Of a stretch of 64,000 nt of DNA, positions 24,999-36,000 are shown in pieces. How positions within the stretch are numbered: position 1 is the first letter of the stretch; each line of letters begins with the position of its first letter. The notes beneath the pieces are model-generated. The model worked only from the letters and a program-made list of their open reading frames with translations. It had not been told where the DNA came from and searched no databases. The position numbers and the translations under genes are program-made. Location of the stretch: the NCBI RefSeq assembly GCF_018350175.1, contig NC_058368.1, positions 238,082,001-238,146,000 of the forward strand, in the 5' to 3' direction. Source of the stretch: Felis catus. Its lineage: Eukaryota.

Positions 24999-25195
24999 AC
25001 TTTCCTGGGAGGAAATTGTTTCCACTTCCACCCTCGTACTGGGGAAGCACTGCGCGTTTTACGATGTGTGCACTTTCTCTCTCTCGTGCAGGGGCAAGGC
25101 CGGCTTTTCGGCAGAAGGCTGCGTCCCCGAGTCGATTCATGCACTTTAGGGACAGTAAACCTTCGTCTTCCACGAGCGTTGCACGTAGCTTTGTG
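24999..25195 (-). pseudogene. GREB1-like exon (TKLRATLVEDEGLLSLKCMNRLGDAAFCRK...)
   Basis: LVEDEGLLSLKCMNRLGDAAF vs LINSSCLVRTALEQELGLAAY; gtaagg donor; weak acceptor. Confidence 0.65.
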
Positions 25196-25539
25196 CTTGT
25201 CATTTGCACACAAGAAATGTGGCGTTACTATCAAGGTGATGCATGGACAATGTGAATGTTCTAGAAACTAAAACAAAGAGAAAAGAAAGATCAACCCCAG
25301 TCTTATCACGAGCAAGAACATCGCAGTTAACATTGGAGTATGTTTCCCAAACTTTCTTTTTCTGTGAACAGAATTATGCATTTTGTTTTTCAAAAATAAG
25401 ATCGTATAGTATCTGCTGTTTGCACTCTGATTTTTTTTTTCATTTTCTGTGGCACAAGCGTTTTTCTGTCACCAAGTGTTTCTCTCAGGGCGTTACGTTT
25501 TCAGGGATGACTACAGTCAGTGCTGAAAGTGTCCCGACT

Positions 25540-25915
25540 CCTGCCTGGTCCCGGGGCTGACGTGGGACCGCATGGCACGCTGGGCAGCTTAGGACACAGA
25601 AATTGATTCTCTCACGTTCTGGAGGCCGGGAGCCTGGTCCACCGGCCACAGGACTGTGCTCCCCTGAGACTCTGGGCGCCCCAGGGCTGCAGGGCTGCGG
25701 ACAATGGTCCCACTCTCCCACCTGGCTGCCTTGCGCCCTCCTCGGTGCCTGTGTCTCTGTGCCTCTGGTCCTTCCCTTACACAGTCACCGTTATCTCAGA
25801 TCAAAGCCTCAACGAATTATGTCTGCAATGACCTTGTTTTCAGGTGAGGTCATGTGCCGAGGTCCTGGGGGTTAGGATTCAACATGCCTTTTGGGAGACC
25901 GTTCAACCCGTAACA
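25540..25915 (-). mobile_element. MLT1-type (MaLR) LTR remnant
   Basis: cagaaattgattctctcacgttctggagg...gggggttaggattcaacat...ttcaacccgtaaca. Confidence 0.7.
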
Positions 25916-25962
25916 ATTTCTGGAAACTACCTGCTCTTGTCTCACATTAAAAGTGTGCCTGG

Positions 25963-26036
25963 TCCTTTTGGGATGAGCACTGGGTGTTGTATGGAAACCA
26001 ATTTGACAATAAATTTCATACATTGAAAAAAAAAAA
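25963..26036 (+). mobile_element. Extremely 5'-truncated felid-type L1 tail (about 75 bp)
   Basis: gggatgagcactgggtgttgtatggaaaccaatttgacaataaatt plus poly(A); TSD tgtgcctggt. Confidence 0.8.
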
Positions 26037-26063
26037 CTGTGCCTGGTTTGTCCTGTCCTGTTT

Positions 26064-26295
26064 CTTTCTTTTTTTTTTTTAATTTTTTTTTTCAACGTTT
26101 ATTTATTTTTGGGACAGAGAGAGACAGAGCATGAACGGGGGAGGGGCAGAGAGCGAGGGAGACACAGAATCGGAAACAGGCTCCAGGCTCTGAGCCATCA
26201 GCCCAGAGCCTGACGCGGGGCTCGAACTCACGGACCGCGAGGTCGTGACCTGGCTGAAGTCGGACGCCCAACCGACTGCGCCACCCAGGCGCCCC
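26064..26295 (-). mobile_element. Young feline SINE (SINEC_Fc-type)
   Basis: Near-consensus sequence; TSD tgtcctgtcctgtttc. Confidence 0.95.
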
Positions 26296-26859
26296 TGTCC
26301 TGTCCTGTTTCAATCAGGGTTCCAGGGGCGCATCATCTGGGCACGTCTGTGGCAGGTCAGTGGCAGCATGGGGCGGCTCTGGTGCGGGTCCCGCCCTCTG
26401 TCCTTGCCGGCCGGTGCATGGGGCACCACGCTGGGCACTGTTGACAGGCTTCCCCTTCAGCCGCAACCCCATCGCCGGCCCGGCTTGCAAAGACCCGCGG
26501 GAAGAAGCCTGATCAGGCTGTGCTGATGCAGAAGCCAGTGAACACAACGCAAATCGCGAGCGTTCCGGAGCAGAGCGAGGGAGACCGGCATCAATCTGGT
26601 TTCTTCTCGACTCTCCTCCTCGCTGCCACAGGGCTTGCCGGGCTGAGACGCGTCAGGAGTCACCTCCTCTGAGTGGGTCAGCATGGCCGATGGCACTGCC
26701 AGCTCCTGTGCCCTCCCAGAGCCCCAAGGCACTTGCTGAGGGCACCCGGCCCAGCTCGAGCCTGAAGAGGACGGGACGGCAGGCCCGGGGGGAGGCTGCG
26801 TGGTGCTGCTGAGTTTCCCCACCACCCAGCTCGGCCGCCCACGGCCACCTACAACACAG

Positions 26860-27945
26860 ATGACATGGTATCTGCCTTTCTCTGTCTGACTTATGTCACT
26901 TAGTGTAATGCTCGAGGTCCGTCCACGTTGTCACAAATGGCAGGCTTTCATTCTTATTTATGGCTGAGATATATATAATATCCCAAATTTTAATCCATTC
27001 GTCCGTCAAGAGACACTGAAGTTGTTTCCATTTCTTGGCTATAATATACAATGCTGCAATAAACATAGGGGTGCATATATCTCTTCGAATTAGTGTTTTT
27101 GGGGAGGGAAAATGCCCTTTAATAACAATTGTCGAATCATAGGGTAGGTCTATTTTTCACCTTTTGAGGACCCTCCATACTATTTTCCAGAGTGGCCGCA
27201 CCAGTTTGCATTCCCAGCAACAGTGCAAGAGGGCTCCCCTTTCTCCCCATCCTCACCAACACCTGTTGTTTCCTGAGTTGTTAATTTTAGCCATTCTGAC
27301 AGGTGAGAGGTGGTATCTCATCGTGGCTTTGATTTGCATTTCCTTGATGATGAGTGATGTTGAGCATGTTTTCATGTGTCTACTGTCCATCTGGATGTCT
27401 TCTTTGGAGAATGTCTGTTCATGTCTTCTGCCCAGTTTTAATTGGACTTTTTTTTTTTGCTATTAAGTTGTATCTGTTCTTTATGTATTTTAGATACTAG
27501 TCCCTAACACATATGATTTGCAATTGCTTTCTCCCATTTAGTAAGCTGTATTTTCATTTTGTTTGTGGTTTCCTTCGCTGCGCAGGAACTCTGTAGTCCC
27601 AATAGTTTATTTTTGCTTGTGTTTCTTTCACTTTTGGTGTCAGATTGTTGAAAACCAGCATCAAGACCTATGTCAGGGAGCTTACCACCTCTATTTTCTT
27701 CTAGGATTTGTATGGATCCAGGTCTCACACTCAACTCTTTTATCTAATTTGAGTTAGTTTTGTGTGTGGTATGAGACAGTGGCCCGGGTTCATTCTTTTG
27801 CATGTGGCTGTCTGGTTTTTCCAGCAGCATTCATGGGAGGGACCATCCTTTCTCCATTGCGTATTCTTGGCTCCTCGGTGGTAAATGAACTGATTTGCGA
27901 AAATATGTGGATTTATTTCTGGGCTCTCTATTCTGTTCCCAGAAC
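26860..27945 (-). mobile_element. L1 ORF2 3' fragment(s)
   Basis: Antisense L1 hallmarks (ttgaggaccctccatactattttccagagtggc, gttgagcatgttttcatgtg). Confidence 0.85.
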
Positions 27946-28122
27946 AATGTTTGACCCAAAGCTGGACCCATGGCCCAGCCAGGTGCACATAAAATGAATC
28001 ATTGGTGGATGATGTAGTTGTCACCAGGACCTGGTCCCAGAGCCCATGGTTCCCATCCCTCCTCTCCAGAGATGCTAAAGCAGACCCTGAACAGGAGTCC
28101 CAGTGGCAACAGCAGTGGGAAC

Positions 28123-28314
28123 CTGCAGACTGGACAGAGTGCAGAATGACCATTGACATGATGGTTGAGACACACGGCAGCCCGTGAGCGTGTACGCCCA
28201 GCCTCACTGAGGTGTGTACATGCTCCTTGCAGCCTCTTCCTGATGACCTGCCGCCATCTTCCTCCAGGTAGACTGTTAGTTCTGGAAGCATGAGGATCTC
28301 CGCATCCCCAGCAC
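28123..28314 (-). pseudogene. GREB1-like exon (GAGDAEILMLPEL...HGLPCVSTIMSM)
   Basis: ggccag acceptor in phase 1; EILM vs EIIL; HGLPCV vs EGLPCI; probable late frameshift. Confidence 0.65.
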
Positions 28315-28422
28315 CTGGCCAAGAAGCTGCTCAGAGCAGGCACTTGACAACAATCTGTCGAGGTGGATAAGGCTGCCTGTCCCAACAACCCCCCCCTGCA
28401 CCAGACGCACCACCCAAGTCAC

Positions 28423-28588
28423 CAGATCCAATGTTGAGAATTTGTCTTAGGAACTGGAGGTAACGTTGAATGTCCTGGAACTGACCATCGTTAAGCAGTA
28501 CCAGGATGGCCTCAAGAAGTGAAAACATCACTTTCTGTTGCAATTTTAACATTAGAAATATAACTCATCCTGGTTTTCTTGAAATAAC
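28423..28588 (-). pseudogene. GREB1-like exon with stop (VISRKPG*VIFLMLKLQQKVMFSLLEAILVLLNDGQFQDIQRYLQFLRQILNIGS)
   Basis: gcctag acceptor and gtgact donor, phase 0 to 1; matches FPRLHSAVIRTFVLVQH and LMVLL...LAHVRARLAL; TGA at 28567-28565. Confidence 0.7.
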
Positions 28589-28714
28589 CTAGGCACACAA
28601 AAAGGGCCCTAAATAAACTCTTCGACGAGAGGGGAACCTTCCAGGTATTAATGTATTCATACACTCCTACGCCCATAGAGCTGGAGGAGGTTTTCAAAGG
28701 AATTACAGAATATT

Positions 28715-28915
28715 GGGGCACTTGGGTGGCCCAGTCAGTTGAGTGCCCAACTTTGGCTCAGGCCACCAGCTCACAGTTTGTGAACTCAAGCCCCACACTG
28801 GGCTCACTGCTGTCAGCACAGAGCCTGCTTCAGATCCTCTGCCCCCCTCTCTCCCTGCCCCTCCCCAACTCACGCTCTCTCTCTCAGAAATAAAACATTT
28901 AAAAAATAAAATAAA
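28715..28915 (+). mobile_element. Can-SINE
   Basis: SINEC consensus; TSD aattacagaatatt. Confidence 0.9.
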
Positions 28916-28947
28916 ATTACAGAATATTTACACAATGGAAGGCTTAC

Positions 28948-29158
28948 TGGCTTTCATTTTTTCCTACGACAACAGCCTGAGTCACAAACCAAACTGAAGA
29001 TGAAACTCGCATCCTTCCAAAGAAGCTTGGAGCTGGCAGGTGAGCTAGTGGCCAAGCCATTAGTCTAAGCTGATGCCACCTTTATGTAAATCAGCTTCCA
29101 TGGGAACGAGAAAGATGGTTATTCAACCACAGAAAGGGCCCTTGGCAAGTGCATCTGT
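28948..29158 (-). pseudogene. Decayed GREB1-like exon (...ADLHKGGISLD*WL / SSKLLWKDASFIFSLV...)
   Basis: KLLWKDASF vs PLLRYDSSF; gtaagc donor in phase 0; stops and a frameshift; 5' boundary uncertain. Confidence 0.55.
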
Positions 29159-29275
29159 CTTACAAGCCGTGCTTGAAGCGGCCCCAGGCACCCCCGGTGG
29201 GGCGGGGGGGGGGGGGTGGTCGTTTCCTTCGCTGCACCCTGTGGCTGAAGACAGAACAAAGCATTTCCCTCCCAC

Positions 29276-29685
29276 CCACACGCAAACTTCCGCCATCATT
29301 CCCTGCTACTCAGTAACACAGCTTTAAGACCATGCATTTTCCCAGGGCACCCGCATGGCTCAGTCAGTTAAATGTCCAACTTCGGCTCAGGTCATGATCT
29401 CGCATCACAGTTCATGAGTTCAAGCCCCAAGTCAGGCTCTGTGCTGACAGCTCAGAGCCTGGAGCCTGCTGCAGATTCTGTCTCCCTCTCTCTCTTTTTA
29501 TGTCCCTCCCCCACTCATGCTCTGTCTCTCTCTCTCAAAAACAAACATTGAAAAAAATTTAAAAACATGCATTTCCCAAATAATAAACATTCTGCACCAG
29601 AAAGTTCTCTCAAAGGGTTCATGGGGCCCATCAGGCTTGGGTTTTCGTCATTTGCCTGATGCTTGGAAGGTGGTCAATACACCCC
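29276..29685 (-). pseudogene. GREB1-like exon interrupted by a Can-SINE (GVLTTFQASGK*...RMFIIWEMH[SINE]GLKAVLLSS)
   Basis: Starts with GVL as in GREB1 GVLLEL; MFIIWEMHGLKAVLLSS vs LFVLIHDHAHWDLVSS once the SINE and one TSD are removed. Confidence 0.6.
29345..29565 (+). mobile_element. Can-SINE inserted in a pseudo-exon
   Basis: SINEC consensus; TSD catgcattt(t)ccca at 29331-29344 and 29566-29578. Confidence 0.9.
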
Positions 29686-29744
29686 CTGCCCAGGGCAGTG
29701 AGGGGGGGTCTCCTGGGTCCCTGAGGGCTGCTGGAAGCAGGCAC

Positions 29745-29957
29745 AAAGCAGAGCCAAGTGCAGGATCTCGCGAAAGCAGGTCAACGGGGCAGGCAGTCGC
29801 ACGCAAAGGAAACGGGCCCTCAGGACTGACAGTGGCTGCGGTCCTCAGTCCATTGTGCGCCCAACTCCCTCTGCCCTCCAAAAAAAGAGAAATTCAGGAA
29901 GACACAGGGGTGGCCTATTGGGCAAGTTCTCTGCTTGCTGTGGAGGAAGATAATTTG
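29745..29957 (-). pseudogene. GREB1-like exon with stop (NYLPPQQ...AEGVGRTMD*GPQPLSVLRARFLCVRLPAPLTCFREILHLALL)
   Basis: Single frame, phase 1 to 1; AEGVGRTMD*G vs ADSSTQNLDLG; RARFLCVRLPAPLTCFREILH vs KVDFLICIPPSEVTYQQTLLH; TGA at 29847-29845. Confidence 0.7.
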
Positions 29958-30188
29958 CTACATAAATAATGAATTAGATGTGTGTTAACGTGGAATTAGT
30001 TCTCGGAACGGTTTGTAGAGCATTCGTGGGACTCCGGGTCACCACGGGCTGTCGACTCCCAAGGAGGCAGGGACGCATGAGTCTGAGGGCCTAGGACTGC
30101 CCGCCCTCGCTGGCATTTCTCCACAGGGGTCTCCTAATTCTGTGCTGGCGTGGCTGGCAGTCAAGAAGCAGTCAGGACGCGAAATTAC

Positions 30189-30339
30189 GCTTTTTAAACG
30201 GTAAAGGAATACCGAGGGTCCAGGCCATGCTTTGTCTCTGGTGGCTCTACAGAGTTTTGTGTGACTCTTTCCACGGGACTTTTCCATCCACGCGGAGAAG
30301 ATCCCATGCTCCTCCTTCTCCTTCCCGGAAGCCCGCATT
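30189..30339 (-). pseudogene. GREB1-like exon with stop (NAGFREGEGGAWDLLRVDGK...TL*...LGIPLPFKK)
   Basis: cacag acceptor and gtaatt donor, phase 0 to 1 fits both neighbours; only weak similarity to EGDIDILL...SGTPV; TAG at 30249-30247. Confidence 0.5.
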
Positions 30340-31127
30340 CTGTGACTGTGTGTGCTCCTCACGCAGCCGGGAGACGCCAGCCTGAGACGCAGACCCCGGG
30401 GCGGGACAGAGCCCGGCCGTTTGTGGTGACGCAGAGTCCAGAGGGCGGCCCATCCACGCGGGGAGATGGGAAATCATGACACTCTCTCGTCCTCACCCAA
30501 CTCACAATCCAGCAGTGACAGCTGTCCGGAAGCCGAGGGGCCGAGCGGGGGCTGTGCCTCCCGTCCCCAGTCCTGGCCCTGAGACATCCCAGGCCTGGCT
30601 CCAGGAGAGGGGCTGTCCTCGCGGGAAGCCGTCACTGGATGGCTGGAGGCGTATGGAAAGAATCCTAAACTTACTGTCACGCTCCAATTTTAGATTTCTC
30701 TCCCGTGTCTGGGAAAACTGCTCTGCGAGTGTCTCCACTCCGCCCTCCGCGCCCCCGCCTGCCTCCTCTGAAGCTTGTACGCCATCCGTCCCCTGCCGCC
30801 CGGCCCCGGGGTACCCGAGGTGCCCACACTTCTCGGCTCCTTGGAGGGCGATCCCACAGCTGGAAGGATCTCCTGCGCTCCAGGCACCCGGTGCTTCGGC
30901 AACGGAGTCTGCGAGAGTCACTGAGGTTCTGGGAAACAGGTCCCTCCCAGAACCAAAGGCACCTGCTCTGCCGAAACCAGACCGGGGCCGTGCCACCTCC
31001 CACCGGCACCCCCTCGAAATGGGCACAGACCCTTCCAGCCCTCCAGGCGCCAGGTTCCTGGTGGAGAGGACACGCTTGGTCATCACGCCAGGAAGAGAGC
31101 TTGGGGCAAATCCAGCCGATTCTGAAC

Positions 31128-31269
31128 CTGCCTCTGGTCCATATGCATATACTTTACTGGGGTGAAAACGCTTCCCAGAGACCGAGCATCTGAACAGATT
31201 CTAAGGGCACGAGCAGTATCGCTAAGTAGAGACACAGCCTTGAATGGCCGGTGTCTCGAACAGAATCTC
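31128..31269 (-). pseudogene. GREB1-like exon (RFCSRHRPFKAVSLLSDTARALRICSDARSLGSVFTPVKYMHMDQRQ)
   Basis: cttaag acceptor and gttcag donor, phase 2 to 0, open; SLGSVF vs SLGAFF. Confidence 0.6.
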
Positions 31270-31836
31270 CTTAAGTAACAGGAAGGCAGGCCCCAACTGG
31301 CAGCCACACCCCCCACTCACCCCTGCCCTGCCCTGCCCTGCAAATCACCGCTCTGTGGCTTTGACCATTTTAGGAACCTCGTGTAGGTGGGCACATGTCT
31401 GTCCTTCTGTGACTGTCCCCGGTCAGGATCCCGAAGAGCGATGTGCACCAATTATTTCAAAGTCCACACGCTCCACCCTGGGTGCCCCTCCCCCACTTCC
31501 TCCCGGCTGGTGCCTGTTCCCAGGGGGTGCCCTCATGACCTTGGAGGGTGGCTCCGGTCCACACAGCTCTCTGGGGCCACACTGGTCTCCACTGAGTGGG
31601 AGTAATTATGACCTCGTCCTGTGTGCCCCACGTCAGCCCAGCCCATGTGACGGGCTTGTTCTGTCATCTGCCCACGTTGTTCTGTGGCCTCCCCGCCCCG
31701 GCTCACCCAGGACCCTGTGACTCCTTCTTTCCTCCCGGAGCCCTGCCTCCCCTCCAGAGCCCCTGATAGGGCCCCCGGGACCCAGGGTGCTCAGGACACC
31801 CATGCCCTCGGTCCTCATCCCCACATCCATACAGAA

Positions 31837-31966
31837 ACACACACTCACCCACACACCTGCATGTGCACTCACACACAAGCACACACCTACATGTGCACAC
31901 GCTCACACACCCACACCTGCATGTGCACACGCTCACACACCTGCATGCACACACTCACACACACAC
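31837..31966 (+). repeat. CA-rich compound repeat
   Basis: Repeated cacacctgcatgtgcacacgctcacaca units. Confidence 0.85.
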
Positions 31967-32152
31967 CGACAGAGGCTAACGGTCGAGGTGGGCACTGTTT
32001 GTCACCAGCGTCGGCCCTATCCGGCGTCCTGGCCTCTGTCACCTCTTCCCGTGGCGGATGATCCCTGGGACCGAGCGAGGCCCGCCTGTCTGCTCTCCCC
32101 TGTGAGGATGGGCGTCTGGAATTTGGGAAAAGCCCTCTTTCCTCGTGGTAAC

Positions 32153-32286
32153 CCCCGTTTCCTGAGATGTTTGTCTTGCCGTAGAATCCAACATGCTATT
32201 AGTATCTTGGAAGTAAAAGGCTGAAAATTGACTTTTCCTTGCATTATTGCCTTAAAGATTTTTGCAACAGTAACAAATACCTGGGA
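32153..32286 (-). pseudogene. GREB1-like exon (SQVFVTVAKIFKAIMQGKVNFQPFTSKILIACWILRQDKHLRKRG)
   Basis: Long polypyrimidine tract with tttag acceptor; open, phase 0 to 2; IFKAIMQGKV...ILIAC vs MFRLLVEGKL...IICAC. Confidence 0.75.
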
Positions 32287-32546
32287 CTAAACGGAGAAAG
32301 GTCAAATTAAAGAAAATGGGGAAAGAACAAGTCAATAACATCTCTCAAAATGGAAGTTCCACGAACCGAACCGCAGTGACGACCCAGGGCTGGAGGCCCG
32401 GGGTAGGGGTGTGGCTGGCTGGGTAGGGGTTCAAGGCACCTTCGGGGGACAGACACCTTCCCCATCTTGACTGGTGGCGGTTCTGCGGGGAGTGCAGCAC
32501 CCAATTACAGCCCCAAACGGGGGTATTTCCTGCATGTGAATTCTAC

Positions 32547-32715
32547 CTCAGTAACGTGTCTCCATTAGATTTCCTCCGACTGATGTGTGAGCCGTCACAG
32601 AGACGGGTGTCCTGAGGCTCCCACGCATGCGTAGGACGGTGGGAGGCACGACCATTCCTGGCGGGGTCCTCCCTCTGCCTCCCCTTCGGGTACGGTGACC
32701 CCGGGGCAGAAGGGG
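32547..32715 (-). pseudogene. Decayed GREB1-like exon (...HPSL*RLTHQSEEI*WRHVTE)
   Basis: GAG|gtagaa donor in phase 0; resembles LPWLASLAASSCNDSVHVIE; two stops; 5' boundary uncertain. Confidence 0.5.
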
Positions 32716-32849
32716 CTGGGAGGGGCTGGAGCACCAGGCAGAAAACGGTTGTCCCAGGCTAAAGCCCCCACCGCCTCACCACCCGGGGCCCCTGCCCACG
32801 TGGTCCCATTTTCACATTGCGTGGACCGCCCCCTGGAAGGGAACGCTGG

Positions 32850-33391
32850 GCTGGGGCAGAAGGTGGGTTAGAGTAACTGCAAACTGGCCGCTGGTGTCCA
32901 CGTGCTGGGCCATGTGACTTCACAGCTCCCGCCTCCCTGAAAGGTGCGTTTTGTCCCCTCCCCCCCCTTTCGAACCCCACTGGCCCTGTGACCTGCGTTG
33001 GCTCCCCACCCCGTGAGCAAGTCCAGGAGAGCAGGCGGGAGGGTGGGACACACCTCGGGGCAGAAGACCAGCCCCCAGTCGCCGCCCGGGGCTCCCCAAA
33101 TCCAACCGCAGAGGCGGGAAGTGCGCACCAGACGGCGAGCCCGAGCCGGGGCGGCCGACCCGCAGCAGCAGCTAACACGCGCGCAGAGGCTGGATGGCCC
33201 TGGACGGGGCGCACCCCCGGGCCTCCCCTGAGGCGGCCCCTCCTCCCACAGGGGTCCACGGTGGCCCTGCCCCCCGCCGTGCTCGCCCAGGGCTGCGCTG
33301 CGATGGAGACAGCGGCCCGGCTCTGCCTCCAGGAGCCACCGGGCCTCAGGCAGCCGTACTTGAGGTGCCACCGTGGTGGTGATGGTCCTCA
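32850..33391 (-). pseudogene. GREB1-like segment (QVRLPEARWLLEAEP...LCG...SLQLL*), internal exon structure unresolved
   Basis: ttcccag acceptor at 33392-33394; colinear hits to PVSVPDNLLKICKAKP, YLCGN and EMQLLL; TAA at 32870-32868. Confidence 0.5.
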
Positions 33392-34659
33392 CTGGGAAGG
33401 CAGCTCAGGGCCGACGGCTCGGGGGCGGGGAGCCCCGAGGTGCGACCACAAAATACTTGGCCTTCTTCAGCGTCCCCAGCGGCCTCCACCCCTGCCCCCG
33501 CCCCGCCCCGCCTGCCTGTCCTCCCAGAGGGGCCGGGTTCCCTCGTGGTTGCGGACAGACAGGGGGACAGAGGACGCACCTGTGCAGGACGGGCCTCCAC
33601 CCAGCTGCCCGACCTGGCGACGTGGAGACCAGAGCTCAGCAACACGACAGACCTGCGTGGCGGGACGTGCGAGGCCGCGCTGGCCACCCGCACGCACACT
33701 AACGGTGAGCCCAGTGTGCCCTGAGTGCGTCTGAGTGTGCACCCTGTGCTCTGGGCGCAGGCTGGCACCGCCCTGCTCACGTTGGCTTTCCTGTGCCTCT
33801 GGGGTCCCGGTGCCTGTTCCCCGCTCCGCCACGGCTCGTGTCCTCGTCTCTCCGTGGCGTCTCCCTCGTGGGCAACCACCCCAGGCACCACCAGCCCCAC
33901 GCATCCTTCGTGCTCATCCACCTTCCCGGGCCCACCTCACACCTCTCTTGGCCCAACCCCAGCTGTCTTCTCTGAACCCTCTTTAAGTTTTTTCTAAATT
34001 TTGTATTTCCTCCTGAAAAATAATCTCGTCAAGTTTGATTCTTGTCCTGCTGTCCCTTCTCCATGGAGAAGCTGGCCCACCCCGTTCCCTAATCCACACT
34101 CGTGCGGCACAGGGGTCACAGACAGCATCACCCACACGGCCTCGCCACAGCCGTCAGACCACGGGAGGGCTGAGACTCACAGCCCCGCTGTCCTGGTGCT
34201 CCCTGGAGTGACCCTGCGGGTGAAGCCTGAGCAGGCTAGGCTCTCGGGGCACAGGGGACATCAGGCATCTAGTGATTGTCGGTGTGGAGGGGTGATTGGT
34301 GCATGACTGGTGGCCGAGCCCGTGGCCTCCAGAAGTGTGGCACCAGTGGGATGCGGCCGGCCTGGGGAGGCTGGTGCCAGGACAGTGTCCCCACGTGTCC
34401 TGTGGGCTTAGATCCCGGTGTGAGGCTGGCCGGTGGGGACATCCACCCGGAGCTCTGAATGGACAGCTGGACCTGCCCCAGGCTCCCGGGTCCTCTGTGA
34501 CCCGTCATCTGCCATTACTGCGTGTGCTCCTTTCTCTCTACCCAAAGTCCCCGAGGACAGCCAGCACCGGTGAGCTGCCCCGCCCCAGCCCGGTCACAGC
34601 AGGTCAAGGCTCAGGGACTCGAAAACACCCGCTGGGCCGCGGGCCGCGAGGCCAATGCC

Positions 34660-35068
34660 GAAGCCTGGATCCTGCCTGGACACCATCTTCAAAGTAAAAC
34701 AACTCCCTGAGTAAATCGCAGAATTCGGAAATACTGCTTTGGAGAAATGCGTGTCCCGCTGTTTACCTGTTAGTATTATCTCTGCTCCTCCGGATGGAAC
34801 CTCTTAGGCTCCCGGCCTCCCGGCACGTGTCTCATTTCTGGTCCAGCGACTTCCACCTTCCGATTCACGCACACCCTGCGTCATCGTCCCCTCGGAGCTC
34901 CCGCCTGCCCGCGTGGCGTTGTCCCTCAGGCCGGCGGGAGGGACGCACAGATCGAGTAAGTTTGGGAAACCACAGAGGATGCACTTTTGTTGGACCCTCT
35001 GATTCAACCCCTCACCAAAATATCTCAAACTATTGAAACATAAGCCTATGGTTTTCCTGACGCGGCTC
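34660..35068 (-). pseudogene. GREB1-like N-terminal-domain exon(s), frameshifted (GAASGK / TIGLCFNSLRYFGEGLNQ ... QYFRILRFTQGVV)
   Basis: cccttcag acceptor; IGLCFNSLRYFGEGLN vs GREB1L IGCGERGFRYFTEFSN; YFRILRFTQGVV vs YYLVRSSQGVL; probably contains a short intron. Confidence 0.65.
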
Positions 35069-35329
35069 CTGAAGGGCAGGGGGTGGCTGTCGAGCTCCGA
35101 GGGTCTTCCGGGAGGGGACCCGGGTGTGTTCCCCTGAGGCTGGTGACTCAGGACCCCTGGCTGCCAGCTCTCATGCTTCCAAGGAAATCACAGGATCGAG
35201 GCTCGCGTGTTAAGCATTTACACTCAGCATCCTGACTTTATTTTCACGGTTCCTAGAGAGCTGGGCACCAGATGAGCCTTGAAACGTGCACTTCTCCTGT
35301 GGAGAGGGAGGCCGCCCCCGCAGTCAACC

Positions 35330-35942
35330 CCTTGCCCCTTCCTGCCCCCGCGGGCCGCCCCCTGGATCCCGTCCCCGCGGAACTCCCCCCACCCCATCCC
35401 GTCCCCTCGCCCTCCCTCTGTCCCGTCCCCGCGGCCCCCCATCCCGTCCCTGCAGAACTCCCCCCACCCCGTCCCGTCCCTGTGCCCCCCCATCCCGTCC
35501 CCACGGAACCCCCCCCACCCCATCCCGTCCCCTCGCCCTCCCCCTGTCCCATCCCCACAGCCCCCCCATCCCGTCCCTGCAGACCCCCCCCAACCCCGTC
35601 CTGTCCCACCCCCGCAGGCCACCCCCTGGATCCCGTCCCCGCTGAATCCTGCCCCCCGTCCCGTCCCTGTGGCCCCCCATCCTGTCCCCGCGGAACTCCC
35701 CCCACCCCATCCCGTCCCTGTGGTCCCCCATCCCGTCCCTGCAGACCCCCCCAAACCCCGTCCCGTCCGGCCCCTGCGGGCCGCCCCCTGGATCCCGTCC
35801 CCGCGGAATCCTACCCCCCGTCCCGTCCCTGTGGCCCCCCATCCTGTCCCCGCGGAATCCCACCCCCCGTCCCGTCCCTGTGGCCCCCCATCCCGTCCCT
35901 GCAGAACCCCCCCCAACCCCGTCCCGTCCCTGCGGGCCCCTC
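35330..35942 (+). repeat. C-rich degenerate minisatellite
   Basis: Many ccccatcccgtccc(c/t)g units with variable linkers. Confidence 0.9.
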
Positions 35943-36000
35943 CCACTGGCCCTGCTGCACCTGGTCAGGCTCTCCCTGACACATGTGGGGGTTTATTTAC

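Noticed and set aside
28440..28470. Exact YLQFL pentapeptide shared with GREB1
   Set aside because: Out of order relative to the other blocks; this exon aligns colinearly with the LMVLL...VRARL region instead.
31128..31269. Phase-0 frame SCP*NL resembling SFPYAL
   Set aside because: Two stops and the wrong phase; the open phase-2 frame fits both neighbours and the expected order.
33780..33975. Possible extra pseudo-exon (APGPQRHRK vs GPPKKRHK)
   Set aside because: Position fits, but the similarity is too short and the boundaries too uncertain to list as a feature.
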